Positions 54,501 through 64,000 of a stretch of 64,000 nt of DNA are shown piece after piece. Numbering within the stretch: position 1 is the first letter of the stretch; every line of letters begins with the position of its first letter. The stretch comes from Chrysomallon squamiferum. Its lineage: Eukaryota; Animalia; Mollusca. The notes beneath the pieces are model-generated. The model had not been told where the DNA came from. It did not search any database and worked only from the letters and a program-made list of their open reading frames with translations. The translations under genes and the position numbers were made by a program. The DNA is taken from NCBI GenBank assembly GCA_012295275.1, contig CM022671.1, positions 32,550,001-32,614,000 on the forward strand, read 5' to 3'.

Positions 54501-57500
54501 TGACTGTTATAATAAAGTGGACTGTTGTCTATCAGTAGATACATAGATAGAAAGGAAGAGATGATTATTTAAACTAGAAGCAAAACCAATATGCCTACAT
54601 AATCTATACTAGTCACTAAATAAAAATATAATGTTAATTTTTATCATTATCATAATACATTAAACTATTTTAAGCAAGTTCTAATATACTAATTATACAG
54701 AAAATATTAAGATAAACAATTAAGTAACAGTGTTAGAACCGAATAATCTTCTGAAATGTGATTGTTAAATTACTATTTTATGTTTGGTAATATGCCTTTC
54801 AGTTTGTTTTATAATATACCTTTGTGTCTATGTTTTATAATATACCTTTATATCTGTGTTTATAATATATCTTTCTGTCTGTGTTTTATAATATATCTTT
54901 CTGTCTGTGTTTATAATATATCTTTCTGTCTGTGTTTTATAATATACCTTTTTGTCTGTGTTTATAATATACTTTTATGTCTGTGTTTATAATACATCTT
55001 TCTGTCTGTGTTTTATAATATATCTTTCTGTCTGTGTTTATAATATACCTTTCTGTCTGTGTTTTATAAAATACATTTTTGTCTGTTTTTATAATATACT
55101 TTTTTGTCTGTGTTTTATAATATACCTTTTTGTCTGTGTTTATAATATACCTTTATGTCTGTGTTTATAATACATCTTTGTGTCTGTGTTTTATAAAATA
55201 TATTTTTGTCTGTGTTTTATAATATACCTTTTTGTCTGTGTTTATAACATACCTCTTTGTCTGTCTTTATAATATACCTTTTTTGTCTGTGTTTTATAAT
55301 ATACCTTTTTGTCTGTGCTGAAGGCCACCACTCTGTAGAAGTTCAGTCCGAGGTTGTTGTAGAGCTGTTTGACCACAGCGAGAGGAGTACAGTGAAATGT
55401 GACAGATCTGATGACCTCTGACAGGTTCTCCACTCTCGGAATCACAAAGTCCTGCACTTTTTCATGTTCTTTGATGGAACTTAATTTTCCTGTCAGCCAC
55501 TGATCTGTATCAGTCTGAAATTTCAGAATTTACTTTTTAATAAATACAATGTCACTGAGCAGCCTCTAGATCAGTTTACAAATCTTGTAACTGTTATAAG
55601 CAGTCAGGCATTTAACACATTTGATATTTTTATATTTTATGCCACAGACAGTGTCATGTGTCATCACAAATACAGATTTGTATGTGTGGGTTTTTTTTTT
55701 TATCCAGTGTATACAGATAAACATATATAAATCAGCTTCACTCTGCAAATACTAAAAAGAACATAAATACGAACCTGCAATTTTGTAAGCAGATGATCCA
55801 CAACTGCTTTCTGGAGATTGAGGGATGGATCCCAGGTAACTTGTTCAAGGATGTGAATAACAACACTAAAAATACATATATCTTCTATTTTGAATCACAG
55901 AGTTCAGTTACAAACATGAGTGGAAACATTTTTGTTTTAGTTTCAGTTATGTCGTTGTTTCATTTGTATTTTTCTATCTTCTATATATCAACAACCATTT
56001 AGACTCATTCACACAAATGTTTGTTTTGTCTGGATTTAAAAAAAAAACTAAAAATGTTCCATCTTAGGAAATGTATAATTTCTTCAAAAAATGTTATTGG
56101 TCAAAGTATTGCTCTTTGTAAAATGCTGTAACTGGTTTTCAAAAAAACCCACATTAATTTTGAAATGTGTATACAGAACTGTAACATGGCACAAATACTT
56201 CACTCAGTGTAGTGCGTTTGGCGTATCTTACCCCAAGTAATTTCTCAGCATCAAGAAGCTGTCTGCTGAAGGAGGGAAGAGATTTGACAAATTTTCCAGC
56301 GACCTGGTCAAAGACTTGATGTATTTTTTGCTTGCAGTACAAAAATGATTTATCTGAAAATCAGTATGAATATATAAACATCATCTAAAAGATAGAAATA
56401 GGAAATGATTCTGGATAACTACATTTAATATCTTGCATAGATGGATTTATTTGCAGGAAAAAGCTGATATCTTAAGACAGTTACTAGTTAGATACATATG
56501 TATGTATGTATGGAAAATAAAGCACTAAACAGATGTAAATTTAAATGATATATTTCTGAACTCTACACACTAGAGAGTAGTAGTAGATTCAAGTATATTG
56601 CTTTCCTTATTGATGAAAAAATACACATCGAAACAAAATATTTTTTTTACAACAATTTGTCATTTTTAAAATCTAAACCAGCAATTAAACAGTAAAGCAG
56701 TAAATCTGAACAATATGTGCGTGCGTGTGTGTTTTTATAATATACTTTTTTTGTCTGTGTTTATAACATATCTTTTTGTGTTTGTTTATAATATACCTTT
56801 ATATATGTAATATATGTAAGTAAATACAGTTATGACCCAGAAACTATATTTATGTTAAGTGTGCACACTTAAAAACAAACATGTAAATCCAGACAGGGAA
56901 CTCCACCTACTGTTTACAAACTGAGGATTTTTCTTTTCTAAAGTAACACTTTCCTCTGATAATTTTAAAGGCTGGCATCCCCTGGGTTAAATTTTGCTCC
57001 ATTATTGCATACTCTCTAGACTCATCATTTTACTCTACCATTTTACAGTCAGTAGCTCAACTAAGTATAAGAAAATGGCATTTGCTCCATTACTTTATAT
57101 TAGCTAGACACTGTGATATCAAAAAGTGGCATTTGCTCTCTTATTGTAACACAACTAGACGTAGCTTGGTGTGAAAAAACTGCATTTGCTCCATTACTGT
57201 ATCCAGCTAGGCATACCATGGTATCAGAAAGTGGCATTTGCACCATTAAAGTTTCACAACTAGACATACTTCGGTATCAGAAAGTGGCATTGGCTCTACA
57301 AAAGCATATCCCATGGTCTGCTGAACAGCTTCCATTGCCATGTGCAGTACTTGATCTGTTATCTTTCTGTTAGCTTCTGATGTGTCTGTCAGATCCAGCA
57401 TTACGGCCAATTCTCTGTAAACACATTTTATTAGCACAAGAACAATTATGAAAACTGCATTTACTGTTATTTGTTATAATTTCAAGCAAGTTACTTAGTC

Positions 57501-58791
57501 ATGGATATATGGTTCCAGGCATCTCCACACATAAACCACAGAATATTTTTTAATTTATTTTTATAAAAGATTAATTTTTGATCTCTGTGGATTATTAAAA
57601 GCTGTCTTTTTCAATAAAGTCAAGCACTGCTTTAGTTTAAACTTATCAGTAAATTGTATTCCTCAACAAAAACCATCAAGCCAAATACTAATTTATTCAC
57701 TGGATCGTAGAAACGATCACTAACATAATGCATTATATAATAATATAGTTTTTGAGTATATATTGTTGAGTTAGTAATATTAAAATAAGTGTCTGTTACT
57801 TAATACTTACAGAATGTTTTGTGGTAGTTCAGTTAATACTCACAGAATGTTTTGTGGTAGTTTAGTTAATACTTACAGAATGTTTTGTGGTAGTTCAGTT
57901 AATACTCACAGAATGTTTTGTGGTAGTTTAGTTAATACTCACAGAATGTTTTGTGGTAGTTCAGTTAATACAGAATGTTTTGTGGTAGTTTAGTTAATAC
58001 TCACAGAATGTTTTGTGGTAGTTTAGTTAATACTTACAGAATGTTTTGTGGTAGTTCAGTTAATACTCACAGAATGTTTTGTGGTAGTTTAGTTAATACT
58101 TACAGAATGTTTTGTGGTAGTTCAGTTAATACTCACAGAATGTTTTGTGGTAGTTTAGTTAATACTCACAGAATGTTTTGTGGTAGTTCAGTTAATACTC
58201 ACAGAAAGTTTTGTGGTAGTTTGGTGATCTGATTGGATATGGCAAAGATGTCCAACAATCGTCGGCTGCTGGCAGGCAAACTGAATTCATTAACATCTAA
58301 TTCCTGAAACAAAGACAACATCATATTGCTTGTTATATCAAAAATATCTGAAATATTTCTAAAACAATGGAATAAAGAATATGCTTGCTAAAAACAGTGG
58401 TATATATTAACACCATTAAATGAAATGAAAATAAAAAAAACATTTTAATTGCAAGGCTAAAGAACGAAAATATGTAATATAATATATTAGACAACATAAT
58501 AATTTAAATAATAATTAGCATTACTTTATAAACTTGAAAGTAAAAAGAATGTAATGTACAGTGCTATTACTTTGCATATGGCTTTCAAGCAATGACAGAT
58601 TTTGTTTTAAACATACAAATAAGTTTTTCCTGTTACCTTTGCAGTCCTGAGAGCGAATCTGTAAACAATCAAAGCTGTTTGATAGTATTCTTCATGTGTG
58701 AATAAAGATGCAACATCCTGTGAAAAAAGATCATAGAGACATTCAAGGAAAACATTTTTCCACTGTGGTGAATCCTACAGAAGACAATGAC

Positions 58792-58855
<64 letters not shown>

Positions 58856-61800
58856 TGAAGAATAATCACAACAACAACAACAACAACACTAATAATTTGT
58901 TATCAAGTTAAATTAGATTTGATTTTCTTATTAACAGTTTTTAACTGTACAACATTTAGCACTGGTATTGAACTTTAAAGTGTACCTGTTTATACGAGAG
59001 TGAAAGTTTCAGATGACATTCACCAACAGGCTTGGTCCGGCTGTTTATGTTGCCGAGAGGGAAAATATCAAACCAGGTATCCCAGCCTTGATGTGGAATA
59101 TTCTGAAATTAATACCACTTTTTAACTAACTGAATAAAGTCTTAAATGAATAATATATCAATGCTTTTGATTTATTGTAACTTTTTTTTTATTGTTTTAT
59201 TATGAAATATCTTGTAGTCATTTCCAAATACAATATAACTGCGAATTGTATTATTACATAAAACAGTTGCTTGTTTTCATGAAAACTAAATCTTTCTTTC
59301 CTTCCTTCTTGCAAGTCTAGACATATATTTAATGATTATGAAAATATCTTGGTTTCATTTTGTTATGTTGTATGTTAAGTGAATTACTAAATGTTTGATA
59401 TACAGTCATTAATGACAAGTACCTCAATTACTGTGCTGTCTTTAAAAACACAAACAAAGATAAAACAAAACTTTTAACACTCAAGTCTAGTGTTGATTCT
59501 TCTGTATTTTCCCTTCCAGAAATAAAAAATCCTCTCTTACTAAAAATACCATCTTTTACTTTTACAGGAATAAAAATCCTTTCTTTTACCTTGTAGGAAT
59601 AAGAATCCTTATTCTTACAAAGTTATGTAAATAAAAACTTCAGCTTTTAACCATTACAGCAATACAAATACTATCTTTTAATCTAACAGGAGTAAAAACC
59701 CCATCTCTTCTTCTTACAGGATTACAAATCCTGTCACTTTATTCTCAAAGGAAAAGTAAATCCTGTACTTTCTAGGAATAAAAATTCTGAAGCTTACCCT
59801 TATAGGAATACAGATTCTACCAATCCCTCCAGGAACTTGACAGTCAGAGTCTGAAGAGCTTTTTAAGACATTTTTGAAGAAACTGAAAATAAAATGTAAA
59901 CACTTCCATTTTTATAAAATGTATTTTGAGGAAACAAGAGAATGGCTATCTTGATTTATTTAAGGTGAAAATTCATCCTTGGAATAAAACACGTAATAAA
60001 GACCTATAATCTAACAGTGTCATCTTTTCCTTTTTTTTTTTTTTTTTTTTTTTTTCACATGGAAACCACATTTTACCTGAAAATATAATTTTTTTGTCTA
60101 ATTGTTTTTCTCTCATAAAAAAAAAAAAAAAAAAAAAAAATTAATTTATTTACTTTTTCAATGAATTTTTTTTGTCAGCTTCTGGAGAAGTCTGAGGATC
60201 TGCAATACACAGACAAATCTGAAGCTCTTCGAAGATGATATTTTCTATTTTGCTGAAACAGTGGACAAATATATGTTATAATAATATTAATAATAATATT
60301 TTAATATTTTAGTCTCATACACATTAAACATACTAGCAGCAAATATGTGAAAAGTAAGTAAAAAAACCCAATCAAAAACCCCCATCTATCCACCATTTAA
60401 AACACAATGTTAAGAATTTTCTTAATTTTTTCCCCTCAATATTTCCATGTAATTGGCTATTAATGACAAAGTATAAATAATAATAATAATAAAAATAGTA
60501 GTAGAAGTAGTAGTAGTAGTAGTAATAATAATAATAATAATAATAATAAAACGAATTATGAAAAAATAATAATGAAACAGTAACCATAATTATAATAATA
60601 ATATCAATAATAAAAATAATGTAACAACATGAAAATAAATGTAATAAAATTTCTATAATTAATGAATTCATTTAACTTAAATATTTTTTAATTCATACAC
60701 TGATTTTTTTCAATGAGATGGGGTGGGAGGTAAAATAATTTCCAAGTTTCACTCACAACACAAAATCTTCATTCCATTTTCCAGCATGCAGTCCTTTAGC
60801 CGGCTGTGACTTCAAAACATCTTGTTCATACTTCAACAGCCTGCCCATGTTAGGGCTGAATTTTGACAGCTGTTTTGGAGAGTGTTTTGGCGACTGTTTT
60901 GGTGAGTGTTTTGGTGAGTGTTTTGGCGAGTATTTTGGCGATCGTTTGCCTTTGTAAGACTGACACAGTGCAAAGAGGCAGTACGTAGAACAGTCTGTCG
61001 GGACTTCACCTGATATGATAACAATACAGCAAAATGTCTGTTATATATAATAACTGATAAATGTGATAACAGCACTGGTAGTTTTGTTGCCCCATTTGGT
61101 TTCATGACAACCAGCTTTAGGGCCTGCAGAGAAATTGCCACAATAATTCATAAAAAGGGAACAGAAAAATGATTTTCCCATTATAATGTTTGTATTATTG
61201 AGTGATCTGAATATGTATTATGGATTTACTTTCTGTGGGAGATTTTGCAGCAGTCGTTAACAGATCCAGAAAATCAACAGCTTTGTAATGATTGTGTTGT
61301 TCATTATATTTCTTTTCTGTTGTTATTTAATTTTTATTTATTTTTATTTATTTATTTATATATTTTACAAAAACGAAGTTAACTAGAATATGAAAAATGT
61401 TTCTGTTGTGGCTGTTTTTACATGTTCTCTCTATCTGTCTGTCTGTCTATGTGTCTCACTGTCTGTTTACCTATCTGTATATATTTTACCTCTGTCAGTT
61501 TGTGTATTTGTCTGATTATTAATTCAAAATAAAAACATAATTGTCAAATTGATAAATTCAGAATTACAAAATGATTATAGATTAATTCTTCTTCTAAAAT
61601 CAATGTAAAAAAAAAAGAAGATAAAAATGCATGACAGTTGCTAAGGAAAACACTTCTTTTGTGTTGCTATGGATGATATACATATAAAGAGGTTAACACT
61701 CTGAAATAATTCTGTGATAAACATCACAGTTTGCATAGCCTCACATGAAATGTTATTACTCGTTTCATTATTTTATATTTCACTTTAATAAAGAAAAGAA

Positions 61801-63305
61801 AATACAAAAATAATAACAAGTAGGTCCTGTGATTATCTAATAACTGTAACTGGTTGTGTAACTTACATTTAAATGAACTGGGAATTGTTACATTTTGTGT
61901 CTCCAACAAACTAAAATTTACTTGACACTGTTGAGGCTAAAATAAACAATTATTTATTTAGATAGATTAATGATTACATCCAAATTAGCACACTACAGAT
62001 GTAAAATGAAATGAAATGAAATAAAAAAAAAAAATAAAAAAAAAATAAAATGAAATGAACAGAAATAAAAAAAATATATAATAAAATAAAATAATGTAAT
62101 ATAAAATAAAAAAATAAAAAAATAATAAACGTAATAAAATTAATAAAGAAGAAGAAAAAAAAAGAAAGAAATGTGGAGAAAGAAAAACAAAGCATAAAAA
62201 CAAATAATGAAAAACTGTTATGTGATAATGTTTTAATTTCATGAAAAAAAAAATTCTCTTTACATCACATTTAGAAATCATTAAAAATTCAGTCATTTTT
62301 TTTTGAACCTTTCATTTCAGAAAACATGGCTAAGGTTATGCTTTACTGATCAGCAATAACAGATAGTTTTTTACTTACTGCCTTTGCAGTCTGACCCTAC
62401 CATGTTTATGAATGAGAACTCTATTGAAAAAGAAAAACTAAACAAAAATCATGTTAATTTTTTCACCACATTTCCTGCAGAAAATGCATTAAAAACAAAA
62501 GTATCACAGAAAAAGACAGGTATTCTTACTTAAATATACAGAGGGTGGAATTAGGTAGTCTTTGTTTTATTTTTTATATTTTTCAGTTTTTGTTATCTTA
62601 TTAGCTTTCTTTACTAATTTCTGTGATTCCAGTTTTTTTCTGAATCATTTTGGTGCAGCCCTGAATATCCTAGCTGACCCATATTATTTCATAAAGAAAG
62701 AAAAATACTTAATTAGCTTTTGTCATTCAGAAGATAACATGGTAGTATTTAGAAGATATACATATATATATATATACATAAATTACACAGTTAAGACACA
62801 AAAGATTTCTGAGTGATGCAGTGGCTGGTTGGTTTGAAGTATAGAAAATAAAATAAATATTAAATGTTTTAACTTACCCTGTTACGGAGTTCTTCTTCGG
62901 AGAAAAATTCATGATCCTCTCGACTGACATCAAATACCTGAAAAATCCCAGAGTTAACTTGAATAATTAGGGTATGGGATGTAAATCTGAAATACACCCA
63001 CCACCAGTTTGACCCCTCAAAACAGATTGATGGTTACTTTTTTAAAACTTATGGATTATTTTGATATCAGTTAACTAATTCATTTCTTTTATTTCATTAT
63101 TGTGGCTCTTTAGTCCTACCTCTCTAAGATGGTCCATCAGATCTCCTGGTCTAAGTCCTTTCTCAGAGTCAGGATGTCCTAATGGATGAAGTAAATTCTG
63201 GAGAATACCTCGATACAGTATTTCATTCTGAAAATGTTTGTATTATAGATACATCAGTAATTAATTTTGTATTCATTACATACAGAAAAAGAATGAAAAA
63301 AAAAG

Positions 63306-63365
<60 letters not shown>

Positions 63366-63551
63366 AAGAACAATAAGGAAAAAAGAAATAAAAAGAACAG
63401 AAGAAGAAAACAATTTAGAAATTTTGTATTTTGATCACGGTTTGGTAAAAACCACTGTATTCCAAAACATCATCATCATCATTTTTACAGCTGTAATGTT
63501 CTCTGTTCTGTTTACATATATGTATATAAATGTTAGAACATAATTCAAAAT

Positions 63552-63592
<41 letters not shown>

Positions 63593-63721
63593 AACGCATA
63601 AGAACAAAACAAAAAATTAATATAAAAATTAAAATATTATTATTTAACTAAAGCTCACTTTGATTTTGGTAACATACTCTTTTCTGCGCCAGAAAGGAAT
63701 AGCCAACATGTCTGATGACAT
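45970..63721 (-). CDS. BAIAP3/UNC13D (Munc13-4)-like C2-MUN(MHD1/MHD2)-C2 protein, divergent, ~1154 aa
   Basis: 28 phase-compatible exons: 63721-63678, 63490-63439, 63227-63120, 62937-62878, 61936-61867, 61009-60757, 60252-60154, 59882-59798, 59102-58986, 58774-58637, 58303-58203, 57414-57270, 56353-56232, 55865-55775, 55514-55305, 54241-54081, 53548-53422, 52904-52836, 52314-52240, 51724-51620, 50617-50336, 49982-49842, 49226-49194, 48767-48609, 47925-47838, 47178-47016, 46767-46551, 46119-45970; total 3465 nt, with an in-frame TGA just upstream of the ATG. Family motifs: LYRGILQNLLHPLG, KWNEDFVF, SLSLYFSVRKL, WFEGSLVFWL, KFSNSSVDV, CITLNNIEHV, QKTKAVEKTLQPVFNATF, LPVIMMPL. Confidence 0.88.
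48000..48345. repeat. Degenerate ~30-bp tandem repeat merging into CT/GT microsatellites
   Basis: Recurring GTATATGTA..GGT..TTTCTCTGTA-like units inside an intron of the BAIAP3-like gene. Confidence 0.5.
54781..55316. repeat. 26-27-bp minisatellite (~20 copies) built from an exon end plus 5' splice site
   Basis: The minus-strand unit CACAGACAAAAAG|GTATATTATAAAA reproduces the junction of exon 55514-55305. Confidence 0.92.
57057..57295. repeat. Degenerate ~50-55-bp tandem repeat overlapping an exon-intron junction
   Basis: About five copies of CAACTAGAC...TATCAGAAAGTGGCATTTGCTCC. The last copy is the real end of exon 57414-57270. Confidence 0.75.
57800..58221. repeat. 33-bp minisatellite (~13 copies) built from an exon end plus 5' splice site
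   Basis: The minus-strand unit AACTACCACAAAACATTCT|GTRAGTATTAACTR reproduces the junction of exon 58303-58203 (AAACTACCACAAAACTTTCT|GTGAGT). Confidence 0.95.
59510..59822. repeat. Degenerate ~30-bp tandem repeat overlapping an exon-intron junction
   Basis: Repeated CTTTTAC..TTACAGGAATAAAAATCC-like units ending in the true junction CTTACCCTTATAGGAATACAGATTC (exon 59882-59798). Confidence 0.7.
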
Positions 63722-64000
63722 TTTTCAATTATCAAACAGATTCAAAGATTTTGACTGTATCTGGTCAGAATTAATACGTAGTCAGTTGTTATGGCAATAG
63801 AAACCAATTAACAACTTTTTTCAAATGTCACTGATCTACTTTTAAGTGAACAAAAATTATAAATATTTATATGTAATGTACAGAGCATTTATATCAATTA
63901 AAATGAAAGTACTTGTTTCTACTGAAATCTTTTTTTTCTTTTTTTTTATGTACTTGTTTGAGACCGAAGATTAAAGGAAACTGTTAATTTCTTTTGCTTG

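Noticed and set aside
54762-55170. Hydrophobic Cys-rich ORFs
   Set aside because: Translations of the 26-27-bp repeat on the non-coding strand.
56154-56342. ORF-track frame MYCKQKIHQ... as the BAIAP3-like exon
   Set aside because: Flanking splice phases require the frame INHFCTASKKYIKSL...NYLG (56353-56232).
57975-58232. ORF with MFCGSLVNTHR repeats
   Set aside because: It is the antisense translation of the 33-bp intronic minisatellite.
58973-58989. Donor ACAG|GTACACTTTAAA matches the end of the TTAA element at 4299-4314
   Set aside because: The match is short, partly coding and partly splice consensus, with no further element sequence. Probably chance.
61922-61936. 15-nt microexon
   Set aside because: The longer exon 61936-61867 satisfies the phases and supplies the first C2 strand.

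Overview
AT-rich, intron-dense animal genomic DNA. The gene set and repeat landscape suggest a mollusc or other lophotrochozoan (inference). There are no prokaryotic features. Exons were reconstructed by hand from splice sites and frame continuity, giving six genes in strictly alternating orientation: (+) 3' part of an LRRC74A/B-like LRR + EF-hand gene; (-) a two-exon, CpG-rich DUF3987/YfjI-like P-loop gene with a 1-nt frameshift near its 5' end; (+) CHEK2 (16 exons, ~506 aa); (-) a clan-2 cytochrome P450 with CYP307/spook-like signatures and no catalytic I-helix Thr (4 exons, ~506 aa); (+) NCBP3 (12 exons, ~779 aa); (-) a divergent BAIAP3/UNC13D-like C2-MUN-C2 gene (28 exons, ~1154 aa, one GC-AG intron). 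Introns carry TA- and TTAA-flanked MITEs, a dispersed SINE-like repeat, minisatellites and microsatellites. The most unusual signals are (1) the DUF3987 gene, (2) the spook-like P450, and (3) a recurrent pattern in which the exon end plus its 5' splice site is tandemly amplified into the following intron, seen at six junctions in three genes at different stages of decay. Most short ORFs in the supplied track are spurious or in the wrong frame.
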